DNA of 32,000 bases from assembly GCF_004102945.1 (NCBI RefSeq), contig NZ_CP019384.1, positions 1,710,001-1,742,000 on the forward strand, read 5' to 3'. Below are positions 22,702-32,000 of this stretch, one piece after another. The stretch comes from Candidatus Velamenicoccus archaeovorus (GTDB lineage: Bacteria; Omnitrophota; Gorgyraeia; Velamenicoccales; Velamenicoccaceae). Positions within the stretch are counted from its first letter, which is position 1; every line of letters begins with the position of its first letter. Under the pieces are notes generated by a model. That model was not told the DNA's origin. It did not search any database and saw only the letters and a list, made by a program, of their open reading frames with translations. The translations under genes and the position numbers were made by a program.

Positions 22702-22718
22702 ATAAAACTGAAAATTCC

Positions 22719-23315
22719 TTATTTCAAAAGCTCTGCCAGCTTCGGACGCACCAGGCCGGAAAGGTAGGCGGCCAGGGCCTTGTCGCTGAAATCAAAATGC
22801 GATTTGCCCGCGTCAAAACTGATGATAAACCCGCCGGCGACCTCGTCGGTTGACTTCAGGACGATGTCCCGCTTCAGCTCGTCCTTCAGACGGGAAAGAA
22901 ACCCCTGTTCGAGTTTCCTCCGGTCGCCGTCCTGCAAAGACACCGTCACCTGACCCGCATCCTGGCCGCCGTATTGCTGGACGGCCAGCTTGACCAACGC
23001 CGCCAGCTCCTGGGGCCCAAGCGCCTGGCGCACGTCGAGCGTGACGACCTTCTCAAGCGTCGTCAGGATCTGTTTCTTCAGCGACAAGACAAGGTCGCGG
23101 CCGGCCTGTTTGAGGGCGGCCTCCGAGGCGTCCTTTTCCTGACGGATCTTCTCTTGGGCGTCATCCAGCAATTTTCTGGCGTCGCTTTCCGCGCGCGCGA
23201 TGATCTCATCCGCCTGCTTCTGAGCGCGCGCCTCGATCTCTCCGGCGGCCTTCCGGGCGGACTCCACGCCTTCCTTTTGGATTTTATCTAACAATGCTTT
23301 GAGTTCCTGTGCCAT
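22719..23315 (-). CDS. atpE: V-type ATP synthase subunit E
   Basis: I prefer ATG 23315 (AGGAG 6 nt upstream): MAQELKALLDKIQKEGVESARKAAGEIEARAQKQADEII... A long charged N-terminal helix plus a C-terminal globular domain is typical of the peripheral stalk subunit. Confidence 0.85.
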   Translation of the reverse strand: MAQELKALLDKIQKEGVESARKAAGEIEARAQKQADEIIARAESDARKLLDDAQEKIRQEKDASEAALKQAGRDLVLSLKKQILTTLEKVVTLDVRQALGPQELAALVKLAVQQYGGQDAGQVTVSLQDGDRRKLEQGFLSRLKDELKRDIVLKSTDEVAGGFIISFDAGKSHFDFSDKALAAYLSGLVRPKLAELLK

Positions 23316-23385
23316 AATCAACTCCTATCCGTATCAAAGTATCAGAGTGTCAAAGAAAAAAGACGACGGGTCTTGGTGCCGAGTT

Positions 23386-24132
23386 TTATAGCGCTCCCAA
23401 CATCTTTTTCGCGGCGGCCAAAGGATCGGGCGCTTCAAGGATGGGCCGGCCGACGACCAGATAATTGCTGCCCGCGGCTGCGGCAAGAGCAGGGGTTGCG
23501 ACGCGCTTTTGATCGCCGGCATCTCCATCCGGCAGCCTGATCCCGGGCGTCACGATAATAAAATTCTCTCCGCAGGCCTTGCGCACGGCGGCAGCTTCAT
23601 GCGCCGAACAGACGACACCGTCAAGGCCGCTGATCTGTGCCTCCCGCGCCAGGGCTAAAACCGTCTCTTGTGTATTGCTGCTTGCCTTGGCGCTCGTCAA
23701 AACCGTTACAGCGACGATCTTCGGCTTTTCAATCTTTAACTGCGCCGCGCGTTCCCTGGCCGCTTCCGCAGCCCATCGCATCATTTCCTGGCCGCCAACG
23801 GCATGAACCGTCATCATAAAAACCGGATATCGCACCGAATCGCCTGTCGGCGCCGGAGCTTCAGGAGAACCAATGGTTGTTTCAGAAACGATAGAAATAG
23901 CTGTGCCGGTCGCAACAACACGACGAACAGTGTTGGGAATATCGTGGAATTTAAGGTCCAAAAAAACCTTCCCGCCCGTCTTCCCGATAAATTGCACAAT
24001 CTCCGGTCCGCAAGCCGTGAAAAGCTGGCTACCCACTTTAAAATATTTCACAGCAGGATAAAGCTTTCCGACGATATCCTTTGCTTTCTGCAGGCTTTCA
24101 ACGTCCAAGGCAACAATCAAATCAGTTTTCAT
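23386..24132 (-). CDS. pyrF: Orotidine 5'-phosphate decarboxylase
   Basis: ATG 24132 gives MKTDLIVALDV. The DLKFHDIPNTV signature is present. Confidence 0.9.
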   Translation of the reverse strand: MKTDLIVALDVESLQKAKDIVGKLYPAVKYFKVGSQLFTACGPEIVQFIGKTGGKVFLDLKFHDIPNTVRRVVATGTAISIVSETTIGSPEAPAPTGDSVRYPVFMMTVHAVGGQEMMRWAAEAARERAAQLKIEKPKIVAVTVLTSAKASSNTQETVLALAREAQISGLDGVVCSAHEAAAVRKACGENFIIVTPGIRLPDGDAGDQKRVATPALAAAAGSNYLVVGRPILEAPDPLAAAKKMLGAL

Positions 24133-24164
24133 AACATAACCCTTTTGCACTGTCTACTGTTCTA

Positions 24165-25085
24165 TCAGGAGACATTCAGGCTCCCAATAAGCTCTTTGAC
24201 GTCTTTGTAGTGGTGTTGCGACAGATAAGAGGCAATGCCCTCAACGACTTCGAGAGGAGTGCGGGGGTCGACGAAATTGGCGGTTCCGACAGCGACGGCA
24301 GTGGCGCCCGCGATCAGGAACTCGACCGCGTCGCGGGCATTCATGATACCACCCATGCCGACGATAGGCAAACTGATTTTGTTGTAGACCTGCCAGACCA
24401 TGCGCAGTGCCATGGGCTTGATCGCCGGGCCGCTCAAGCCGCCCGTGATATTACCCAGGACGGGCCTGCGGGTCTCTACGTCGACGGCCATGCCCAAAAA
24501 GGTATTGACGAGACTGACCGCATCGGCGCCGCCATCCTGGACGGCCCGGGCGATCCTCGTGATGTCGCTGACGTTCGGCGACAATTTGACGATCAGGGTC
24601 CGGTCCGTCTTCTGGCGCACATCCCGGACGACCTTGTGCGTCAGTTCCTCGTCCTGGGAGATGATCTTGTCCTTATATTCGATGTTCGGGCAGGAAATGT
24701 TGAGCTCGTAGGCCGCGACTTCAGGGTAGGCATTGAGCGCCTCGATGACCTCGCCGTATTCGTTGCTCGTCTCGCCGCCGACGCTCACAATCAACTTTGT
24801 CCCCGCATCCCGGCACGCAGGCAGCTTCTCCTGAATAAAATCCTCCAGTCCTTCGTTCTGCAGGCCGATGGCATTGAGCATCCCGCCGGTCGTCTCGCAG
24901 ATGCGCGGCGGCCGGTTGCCTTCCCGGCGGTTCTTGGTGATGGTCTTCGTTACGATCGCGCCCAGCCGGGCGGGATCGACGTAATCCGCATATTCCCGTC
25001 CGTAACCAAACGTGCCCGACGCCACCATGACGGGATTTTGCAGCTTCAAACTGCCGATGGCCACTTTAAGGTTCGGCTTACTCAT
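24165..25085 (-). CDS. pyrD: Dihydroorotate dehydrogenase, catalytic subunit (class 1B)
   Basis: The track ORF (377 aa) carries a spurious Arg/Pro-rich 71-aa extension. ATG 25085 gives MSKPNLKVAIGSLKLQNPVMVASGTFGYG. The active-site motif NISCPN is present. Confidence 0.9.
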   Translation of the reverse strand: MSKPNLKVAIGSLKLQNPVMVASGTFGYGREYADYVDPARLGAIVTKTITKNRREGNRPPRICETTGGMLNAIGLQNEGLEDFIQEKLPACRDAGTKLIVSVGGETSNEYGEVIEALNAYPEVAAYELNISCPNIEYKDKIISQDEELTHKVVRDVRQKTDRTLIVKLSPNVSDITRIARAVQDGGADAVSLVNTFLGMAVDVETRRPVLGNITGGLSGPAIKPMALRMVWQVYNKISLPIVGMGGIMNARDAVEFLIAGATAVAVGTANFVDPRTPLEVVEGIASYLSQHHYKDVKELIGSLNVS

Positions 25086-25093
25086 GAATATTC

Positions 25094-25489
25094 CTACCTG
25101 TACAAAAGACTGTAAATGAGAACCCCCAGAACGAATAAAGTCACGGCCACATAAAGCTTGTCGCGTTGATAAGCGAACGCAAAAAGCGATAAAGCCACGC
25201 GCGCCAGGGGCGTCGCGATCAGGAACAGCAGGCCCAATTGGATGAGGCCGCGGCCATGCAGCGCCAGGGCGTTCTTGGCGATCCCGCCCACATGACACAG
25301 GTCTTCGGGTTCCCCCTGGAAAACCCGGTAATCGACGGTTTCGAGGCCATGACGGGACAGATACACGAGGCCTCCCAAAAACACCACAGAGCCGGAAAAA
25401 ACGACACCCGCCCTCAACAGGGCCCCGATAATGACCTCCATGCGGTGATTCATCGATGCCGGAACTGCCGTATTCATTTTATTATCCAT
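25094..25489 (-). CDS. DUF1634 domain membrane protein
   Basis: 131-aa ORF. The start is either ATG 25489 or ATG 25477 (ATGA overlap with the TauE stop). It is the usual downstream partner of TauE/SafE genes. Confidence 0.7.
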   Translation of the reverse strand: MDNKMNTAVPASMNHRMEVIIGALLRAGVVFSGSVVFLGGLVYLSRHGLETVDYRVFQGEPEDLCHVGGIAKNALALHGRGLIQLGLLFLIATPLARVALSLFAFAYQRDKLYVAVTLFVLGVLIYSLLYR

Positions 25490-26316
25490 CCCTTGAGGCC
25501 CGAATAGATCATCTGCGCCGCCAAAACAACGATCACAGCGCCGAAAATCGTCCTTAATTTCCTTGTCTCCACGCCGAAAAGATGCCGAGCCCCCAGCATC
25601 GAACCGATCAGGACCCCCAAGACGACCGGCATGGTCAAGACAGGATCGATATATCCTTTATTGAGATAGATGCCGGCGCTGGCCGCGGCCGTCACGCCGA
25701 TCATAAAATTACTGGTGGCTGTCGAAACCTTGAAAGGAAGGCGCATGGCTTGGTCCATGGCCAAGACTTTGACCGCGCCGGAACCGATGCCCAGCAATCC
25801 CGAAAGCACGCCTGCAATCGCCATCAAGCCGAATCCGGCCGGGACAGAACGGACACCATAAGACTTTGGGCCATGCGGCGTCGGATAAGTCCCGTTCATT
25901 TTCAAAAGAGCAGCGAATCGGTCCGATGCCTGGGTCCGGCGGCTTTCATCCTGGGGCCTGCTGGACAAATACGCGGAATTCATGAGGACGAGGCCGAAAA
26001 TAACGGCAATCGCATGCGTGGGCAACCGCAAAGCCAGAAACGCCCCCACAACCGCCCCCGCCGTTGTTGCAATCTCCAAAAACATTCCGATCCGGATATT
26101 GCTGAAGCCCTCCCGGACATAAGCTGCGGCGGCGCCGGAAGACGTAGCGATCACGGCGATCAGCGAAGTGCCGATGGCATAACGGATATCCACACCGAAA
26201 GCCAATGTCAGCATCGGAATGATGATAAAACCGCCCCCCAGCCCCGTCAAAGAACCGAGATATCCTGCCACGGACGAACCGAGGCCGATCAGTATCGTTA
26301 ATATCAAGACATTCAT
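25474..26316 (-). CDS. TauE/SafE family anion (sulfite/sulfonate) exporter, DUF81
   Basis: 280-aa polytopic ORF with the GLGGGFIIIPML motif. 6-nt gap after pyrK. Confidence 0.85.
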   Translation of the reverse strand: MNVLILTILIGLGSSVAGYLGSLTGLGGGFIIIPMLTLAFGVDIRYAIGTSLIAVIATSSGAAAAYVREGFSNIRIGMFLEIATTAGAVVGAFLALRLPTHAIAVIFGLVLMNSAYLSSRPQDESRRTQASDRFAALLKMNGTYPTPHGPKSYGVRSVPAGFGLMAIAGVLSGLLGIGSGAVKVLAMDQAMRLPFKVSTATSNFMIGVTAAASAGIYLNKGYIDPVLTMPVVLGVLIGSMLGARHLFGVETRKLRTIFGAVIVVLAAQMIYSGLKGWIIK

Positions 26317-26322
26317 AAACCC

Positions 26323-27171
26323 TTAATCGCCCCAGATGATCTCTTCGGCATCGAAGACAGGGCCGTCGTGACAGATGCGCCGGTAACCCGACACCGTACG
26401 GATGACGCACCCCAGACAGGCCCCCAGGCCGCACCCCATGAATTCTTCCAGAGAAACCTGCGCTGCAAGACCCCTTTGCTGCGCCAGCGCGGCAACGGCC
26501 GCCAGCATGGCCTTGGGGCCGCAGGCGCAGATGACCGGCGCACCTTCTTGCCCGTCCGCCGAGACGGCACCATCTGTTGCCGGCGGCAGAATAGTTTTCA
26601 AAAGATCAGTCACGCGGCCCTTAAAACCCTTGGATCCATCCTCCGTTGCCACATGGATCTCGCACCCCAAATCCTTGAATTCTTTTTCCCTGATGATATG
26701 GTCTTTATTCCTTGCGCCGATAAATACGACGATCTTGGGCCCTCTTGCGTTCTCTTTGCGTCCTTCGCGAAGTCTCCTGGCCAAAAAGAACAAAGGCGCC
26801 ACACCCATCCCTCCGGCCACAATATAGACACAGCGGCTCCGGCCGATCTTTTTAAGATCGAAACCGCGGCCCAGCGGCCCCAGGACGTCGATCTGTGTCA
26901 GGGGGCGTTTCTCGGCCAACAGCGCCGTACCCTTACCGACGACCTCATAAAGGATCCTCACGACATGTTTCTTCCGGCCGTTCTTTGAATGCGCCTGCCA
27001 GACGGCGTCATGAATGCTCAAAGGCCTGCGCAGGAGGGGATCGAAAGAATCTTCGATGCGCATATGAAGAAACTGCCCCGGTTCGGGCATCGCAAATCCT
27101 GCCGGAGCACAAAATTCCAAAAGCAGGTATTTGTCTCTCAAGAAAACGTTGCTTGCGATCTGAACTTTCAT
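26323..27171 (-). CDS. pyrK: Dihydroorotate dehydrogenase electron-transfer subunit
   Basis: 282-aa ferredoxin-reductase-like ORF with C-terminal 2Fe-2S ligands MGCGLGACLGCV. Confidence 0.9.
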   Translation of the reverse strand: MKVQIASNVFLRDKYLLLEFCAPAGFAMPEPGQFLHMRIEDSFDPLLRRPLSIHDAVWQAHSKNGRKKHVVRILYEVVGKGTALLAEKRPLTQIDVLGPLGRGFDLKKIGRSRCVYIVAGGMGVAPLFFLARRLREGRKENARGPKIVVFIGARNKDHIIREKEFKDLGCEIHVATEDGSKGFKGRVTDLLKTILPPATDGAVSADGQEGAPVICACGPKAMLAAVAALAQQRGLAAQVSLEEFMGCGLGACLGCVIRTVSGYRRICHDGPVFDAEEIIWGD

Positions 27172-27175
27172 AGGA

Positions 27176-27997
27176 TCAAGGCTTCTGCGGGGCCGTTCCC
27201 TCCGGCGTCTTTTGGGGAAGGGCCTTATTCTTCTTTTGCATGATCACCTGCCGGAACGACATGAGCGATTGCTGCTTGGCCTGCTCCGCGGCTTTCATCT
27301 GGGATGAAGCTTCGTCGAGCAACCCCCGCTCCAAGGCGCCGAACACCATGTATGTCGCCTTCAGATACGCCAGATAGGCCTCATGGCCCTGTTTGAACAA
27401 AGGCGGCACCGTCAAGGCGTTCAACTCGGAATAAACGAGGTCCAACGACTGGCGCGCATTGGCAAAATCATCACGCGTCGCCGTCGGAAGGTTCTGATAA
27501 AGATTGTCGATAGCGATCAGGCGGTCCGCATATCGCGTGGTGATATCAAGGAACTTCTTGTAATAGTCGAATTCTTCCTTGGTCAGGATCTCCTTGATCT
27601 CGGCCATGGTGAAAAACTGCTGATCGCCCTCCAGTTGCCCTTTTTTATACATGGACATCTCATAGACGGTCTCATTGCCCTCGGACACAGGCACCTTAAG
27701 GCTCTCCACCTCTTTCAAATAAGGGATCTGGCGGTCGACTGTCTGCTTGTCCAGTTCGACCTTGTCGACATCGTCCAGGAAAAAGCTAAGCTGCATCGTC
27801 GTGCCGCCGGTGTCGAGGGCGAAAAGATAACGGCGGTCGGACTTCCCCAGGATCCGGCCTTCATAGACCTTGCCGTTCTTGAGGATGATCTTGTCGGCCG
27901 CCTGGGCCAGAAAGGCAAACAAAAGGCACCCGGCCACAATCGCCCCTCCTATGGCCTTCATCCGATAATTTGGCATATCGCCCTTTCGTTTCTGCAT
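27176..27997 (-). CDS. Hypothetical secreted or signal-anchored protein
   Basis: 273-aa ORF whose ATG overlaps the carB stop (TAATG). 4-nt gap to pyrK. Hydrophobic N-terminus (AIGGAIVAGCLLFAFLAQA). Contains the module KIILKNGKVYEGRILGKSDRRY, shared with the 9801..10331 protein. Confidence 0.65.
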   Translation of the reverse strand: MQKRKGDMPNYRMKAIGGAIVAGCLLFAFLAQAADKIILKNGKVYEGRILGKSDRRYLFALDTGGTTMQLSFFLDDVDKVELDKQTVDRQIPYLKEVESLKVPVSEGNETVYEMSMYKKGQLEGDQQFFTMAEIKEILTKEEFDYYKKFLDITTRYADRLIAIDNLYQNLPTATRDDFANARQSLDLVYSELNALTVPPLFKQGHEAYLAYLKATYMVFGALERGLLDEASSQMKAAEQAKQQSLMSFRQVIMQKKNKALPQKTPEGTAPQKP

Positions 27998-30900
27998 TAC
28001 CTTTTATGATACGCCTGCAGGGGCGTCACATCTAAATCTTTTTTCAACAAGACCTCAATGGCATTGACCGAAGCCTGCGCACCGGAAATCGTCGTGATGC
28101 ACGGCAAGCCGTGCATGATGGCGTTGGAACGTATCTTGACCTCGTCTTCACGGGGGATCCGGCCGGAAGGCGTGTTGATGATCAGATGGATCTTGCCGTC
28201 CTTGATGTAGTCCAGGATATTGGGCCTCTCTTCATAAACCTTATGGATGACGCCGGTCTTGATGCCGTTTTTCTTGAGGGCATTGGCCGTCCCCTGTGTC
28301 GCGATGATATCAAATCCCAGGTCGATGAGACGCTTGACGATAAAGACGATCGCGCGCTTGTCCTTGTCCCGCACGCTGACAAAAACGGTCCCTGAAAGCG
28401 GCAGGTTCTGGCCGGCGGCGAGCTGGCTCTTCATGTAGGCCCGGCCGAGATCATCGTCGATCCCCATGACCTCGCCCGTGGATTTCATTTCCGGCCCCAG
28501 CATGATATCCACGCCCGGGAAACGGTTGAAAGGAAAAACAGACTCCTTGACCGATGAATATTCTGGAATGCGCTCCTGCGTGAACCCAAGGTCTTTCAAT
28601 TTCGCCCCGGCCATGACCCTGGCCGCGAGTTTGGCGAGCGGCACGCCGATGGCCTTGGAAACAAAAGGAACGGTGCGGGAAGCGCGCGGATTGACCTCCA
28701 GGCAATAAAGCTTGTTGTCGCGGATGGCATATTGGACGTTCATGAGCCCTACGACTTTCAGCTCTCTGGCCATGGCAATGGTCGACTGCCGGATCTTGTT
28801 GACCATCTCTTCGCTCAGGCTGTAGGGCGGCAGCACCATCGCCGAATCGCCGGAATGGATGCCGGCCTCCTCGATGTGTTCCATAATGCCGCCGATGACG
28901 AAGGTCTCGCCGTCGGCGAGCATGTCCACGTCCACCTCCACCGCGTCCTCAAGGAATTTGTCGATCAGGATGGGGTGTTCGCCGGAGACGCGGCTCGCCT
29001 CCAGGATAAAGCGCTCCAGGGTGTCTTCGTCGTAGACGATCTCCATGGCCCTGCCTCCCAAAACATAAGAAGGGCGCACCAAGACCGGATAGCCGATACG
29101 TCCGGCGACGCTCTTGGCCTCTTCGAAATTCCTTGCCGTCCCGTTCGGCGGCTGGCGCAGCTTGAGCTTATCGAGCATGATCTTGAATTTTTCGCGGTCC
29201 TCGGCGATGTCGATGGATTCGGGGCTCGTGCCGATGATGTTGACGCCGGCCTTCTTTAAGGCCAGTGTCAGGTTCAGGGGGGTCTGACCGCCCAACTGCA
29301 CGATCACCCCCCACGGTTTTTCCTTGTCGACGATATTCAAGACGTCCTCTTTGGTCATCGGCTCAAAGTAGAGTTTGTCGGACGTATCGTAGTCGGTCGA
29401 GACCGTCTCGGGATTACAGTTAACCATGATCGTCTCGAATCCGGCTTCCTTCAGGGCGAAAGACGCATGGACGCAGCAATAATCGAACTCGATGCCCTGG
29501 CCGATCCTGTTGGGGCCGCCGCCCAGGATCATGATCTTCTTTTTAGTATCGGGCCTGGACTCGTCTTCCATCTCATACGTCGAATAATAGTACGGGGTGT
29601 AGGCCTCGAATTCCGCCGCGCACGTGTCAACGAGCTTATATGTCGTCTTGGGCCCGCAATGACTCCTGAGTTCCTTGATCTCGTCCTCGTGCACGCCGAA
29701 AAATACACTCAGCTGCCGGTCGGAAAACCCCATCTTCTTGGACTGTTCCAAAAGCACAGGCGTCAGACGGCTTTTGAGATCACCCTTGGCGCCGGCCACA
29801 TCCCGCAAGGCCGTCTCGAAATCAACGATCTCTTTTATATTTTCCAAAAACCACCGGTCGATTGCCGTCAGCTCGCCGATCTCCCCGACGCTCATGCCGA
29901 TACGCAAGGCGTCGCCGATATAAAAAATGCGCGCGTCGCTGGGCTGGCGAAGTTTTTTGGTCACAAATTCCCGGAGATGCTGGGGAGAATCGAATTCCAT
30001 CGCACCGATCACGCTGTCGAGGCCGTTGCGTTTGATCTCCAGGGAACGCAGGCCCTTCTGCAGGGCTTCCTTGAAGGTGCGCCCGACGGCCATCGCTTCA
30101 CCGACGGACTTCATCGAAGTGCCGAGAGTGGCGTCGGCACCCGGAAACTTCTCAAAGGTAAAACGCGGAACCTTGACGACGCAATAGTCGATCGTCGGCT
30201 CAAAAGAGGCCGGGGTCTCCTTGGTGATGTCATTGGGGATCTCGTCGAGCGTGTAGCCGACGGCGAGCTTGGCGGCGATCTTGGCGATCGGAAACCCCGT
30301 CGCCTTGGAAGCCAAGGCCGAGGATCGCGATACGCGCGGGTTGATCTCGATCATGACCATGCGGCCGTTCTTTGGATTGATGGCGAACTGGACGTTACAG
30401 CCGCCTGTGTCGACACCGATCTCGCGGATGGCGCGGATGGCGGCGTCCCGCATCGTCTGGTATTCGGCGTCCGTCAAGGTCTGCGCCGGGGCGACGGTGA
30501 TCGAATCTCCCGTATGAATGCCCATAGGATCGAAATTTTCGATAGAACAGATGATGACGACGTTGTCCTTGCGATCGCGCATCACCTCCAGCTCGAACTC
30601 TTTCCATCCGAGGACCGATTCTTCCAGGAGGACCTCGTGGATCATGCTGTATTCCAGGCCGCGCGAAACAAGATCTTCGAATTCCTGCATGTTGAAGGCG
30701 ATGCCGCCGCCGGTCCCGCCCAAGGTAAAACTCGGCCGGATCACGATCGGCATGCCGAGGATCTCGACGGCCTTCTTCGCTTCGTGCATGGACTTGATAT
30801 TGATGCTGCGCGGCAGATCCAGACCGATCTTCTGCATGGCCTTTTTGAACAAATCCCTGTCTTCGGCCTTCTCGATCGCCTTGCGGTCCGCGCCGATCAT

Positions 30901-31242
30901 CTGGACCTTATATTTTTTCAAGACGCCCCTCTTGGCCACCTCCACGGCGACGTTCAGCCCCGTCTGGCCGCCCAGCGTCGGCAGGAGCGCATCCGGCCTC
31001 TCCTTGGCAATGATCTTCTCGACGACCTCGGGCGTCACGGGCTCGATATAGGTCGCATCCGCGAATTGAGGGTCTGTCATGATGGTCGCGGGATTGGAGT
31101 TAACCAGGACAACCTTATAACCCTCTTCCCGCAAGGCCTTGCAGGCCTGGGTCCCGGAATAATCAAATTCGCAGGCCTGGGATATGATGATAGGGCCGGA
31201 GCCGATGATCATGATCTTCTTCAAATCTTTGCGTTTTGGCAT
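27997..31242 (-). CDS. carB: Carbamoyl-phosphate synthase large subunit
   Basis: 1081-aa ORF. N-terminus [37 protein letters not shown]. Duplicated ATP-grasp halves and a C-terminal MGS-like domain. Confidence 0.95.
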   Translation of the reverse strand: MPKRKDLKKIMIIGSGPIIISQACEFDYSGTQACKALREEGYKVVLVNSNPATIMTDPQFADATYIEPVTPEVVEKIIAKERPDALLPTLGGQTGLNVAVEVAKRGVLKKYKVQMIGADRKAIEKAEDRDLFKKAMQKIGLDLPRSINIKSMHEAKKAVEILGMPIVIRPSFTLGGTGGGIAFNMQEFEDLVSRGLEYSMIHEVLLEESVLGWKEFELEVMRDRKDNVVIICSIENFDPMGIHTGDSITVAPAQTLTDAEYQTMRDAAIRAIREIGVDTGGCNVQFAINPKNGRMVMIEINPRVSRSSALASKATGFPIAKIAAKLAVGYTLDEIPNDITKETPASFEPTIDYCVVKVPRFTFEKFPGADATLGTSMKSVGEAMAVGRTFKEALQKGLRSLEIKRNGLDSVIGAMEFDSPQHLREFVTKKLRQPSDARIFYIGDALRIGMSVGEIGELTAIDRWFLENIKEIVDFETALRDVAGAKGDLKSRLTPVLLEQSKKMGFSDRQLSVFFGVHEDEIKELRSHCGPKTTYKLVDTCAAEFEAYTPYYYSTYEMEDESRPDTKKKIMILGGGPNRIGQGIEFDYCCVHASFALKEAGFETIMVNCNPETVSTDYDTSDKLYFEPMTKEDVLNIVDKEKPWGVIVQLGGQTPLNLTLALKKAGVNIIGTSPESIDIAEDREKFKIMLDKLKLRQPPNGTARNFEEAKSVAGRIGYPVLVRPSYVLGGRAMEIVYDEDTLERFILEASRVSGEHPILIDKFLEDAVEVDVDMLADGETFVIGGIMEHIEEAGIHSGDSAMVLPPYSLSEEMVNKIRQSTIAMARELKVVGLMNVQYAIRDNKLYCLEVNPRASRTVPFVSKAIGVPLAKLAARVMAGAKLKDLGFTQERIPEYSSVKESVFPFNRFPGVDIMLGPEMKSTGEVMGIDDDLGRAYMKSQLAAGQNLPLSGTVFVSVRDKDKRAIVFIVKRLIDLGFDIIATQGTANALKKNGIKTGVIHKVYEERPNILDYIKDGKIHLIINTPSGRIPREDEVKIRSNAIMHGLPCITTISGAQASVNAIEVLLKKDLDVTPLQAYHKR

Positions 31243-31264
31243 AAATTCCCCTAAAAGATGTCTG

Positions 31265-32000
31265 CTATTTCCTTCTGCCCTTCCTGAACTTCCTCATCAT
31301 CTCCGTGAAGCGGCCAAACAGGTAACCCGCGTCATGCGGGCCGGGGCCGGCCTCGGGATGGTACTGCACGCAGAACAAAGGCAGCTGTTTGTGACGTAAT
31401 CCTTCCGTCGTCTTGTCATAAAGGTTGACGTGCGTCAAGGCGACGTTCTTATCCTTGATCGATTCCATGTCCACGCAAAAACCGTGGTTCTGCGATGTGA
31501 TCTCAACCTTGCGCGTCTCCAGGTCCATCACGGGATGGTTGCCGCCGTGGTGGCCGAATTTGAGCTTATAGGTCTTGCCGCCGAGGGCATGGCCCAGGAG
31601 CTGATGCCCCAGGCAGATGCCGAAAAGCGGCACCGCACCGATGAGTTTCCTGATCTCCTGGATGGTATAATCCAGGACCGCCGGATCGCCGGGGCCGTTG
31701 GAGAGAAAAACCCCGTCGGGTTTAAGCGCCAGCACCTCTTGCGCCTTCGTCGCTGCCGGCACGACCCTCACCTTGCACCCTGCCCGGTCAAGGAGCCGCA
31801 GGCTGTTGTATTTGATGCCGTAATCAAAGGCTACGACGAAGAACTCCTTACGGCCCCCCGCCCCCGGCCAGTCGTAGGCCTGTTTGCATGTCACGTCCCG
31901 GACAAGGTCGCGGCCGACCATCACGGGTGATGCCATGACCTTAGCCTTGAGGGAAACGACATCGAAATCACGCGTGGAAAGGATCCCTCTCATGGCCCCC
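31265..32000 (-). CDS. carA: Carbamoyl-phosphate synthase small subunit (N-terminus beyond right edge)
   Basis: The frame stays open to the window edge (..[12 protein letters not shown]..), so the track's Met at 31993 is internal. Amidotransferase motifs [12 protein letters not shown] and [13 protein letters not shown] are present. Confidence 0.9.
   Translation of the reverse strand, partial: GAMRGILSTRDFDVVSLKAKVMASPVMVGRDLVRDVTCKQAYDWPGAGGRKEFFVVAFDYGIKYNSLRLLDRAGCKVRVVPAATKAQEVLALKPDGVFLSNGPGDPAVLDYTIQEIRKLIGAVPLFGICLGHQLLGHALGGKTYKLKFGHHGGNHPVMDLETRKVEITSQNHGFCVDMESIKDKNVALTHVNLYDKTTEGLRHKQLPLFCVQYHPEAGPGPHDAGYLFGRFTEMMRKFRKGRRK

Noticed and set aside
23348-23374. Perfect TTGACA (minus strand, 23353..23348) as the V-ATPase operon promoter, and a pyrF terminator at 23360-23374
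   Set aside because: No acceptable -10 hexamer lies 16-18 nt downstream, and a start there would remove the atpE RBS. The putative terminator has only a 5-bp stem. Neither is reported as a feature.
24165-25298. N-terminal extensions in longest-ORF calls: pyrD 377 aa, flavin reductase 210 aa, secreted protein 162 aa, atpA 603 aa, YjbQ 152 aa
   Set aside because: The extensions are Arg/Pro/Cys-rich or translate repeat arrays, and they overlap upstream genes. Internal ATGs with good RBSs give N-termini typical of each family.

Overview
This is a moderately GC-rich bacterial chromosomal segment. Every protein gene except one lies on the minus strand. Most long plus-strand ORFs in the track are antisense shadows of those genes. 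Reading the minus strand from right to left: (1) carA (partial), carB, a secreted hypothetical, pyrK, a TauE/SafE + DUF1634 pair, pyrD and pyrF. (2) A V-type ATPase operon in the order E, DUF2764, A, B, D, I, K, an order I recall from Bacteroidota and Chlamydiae. (3) tRNA-Val. (4) On the plus strand, a sigma70-like promoter, a GIY-YIG ORF and tRNA-Asp. (5) A Cache/HAMP/HD-GYP sensor. (6) A flavin reductase and five small membrane, secreted or unassigned hypotheticals. (7) An operon of small TM protein, TrpB2, tRNA-binding protein, YjbQ, YkgJ, DUF2156, pabB and pabC. (8) A TPR/DUF3857/transglutaminase-like lipoprotein that runs off the left edge and is missing from the ORF track. The genes themselves are mostly ordinary. 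The unusual signal is in the spacers, which hold several families of small repeats. These include 7-nt periodic arrays, GAAAATTT-ended hairpins, 59-61-nt twin hairpins, a 20-nt perfect palindrome present twice, and short segmental duplications. Three AT-rich islands carry small selfish-looking ORFs: two GIY-YIG nucleases and one four-helix-bundle remnant. The best candidates for new biology are: (a) a GIY-YIG ORF between a duplicated tRNA-Asp 5' segment and the intact tRNA, sharing its stop codon with the tRNA D-loop; (b) a 268-bp GIY-YIG element bounded by a perfect 18-bp inverted repeat inside the V-ATPase operon; (c) twin-hairpin elements lying directly 3' of truncated tRNA 5' ends at both tRNA loci; (d) a 743-bp ORF-free, hairpin-dense segment bounded by inverted hairpin+19-mer modules. 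No similarity searches or covariance models could be run. Family calls rest on motifs I recognise, and all repeat coordinates were read by eye from the sequence.
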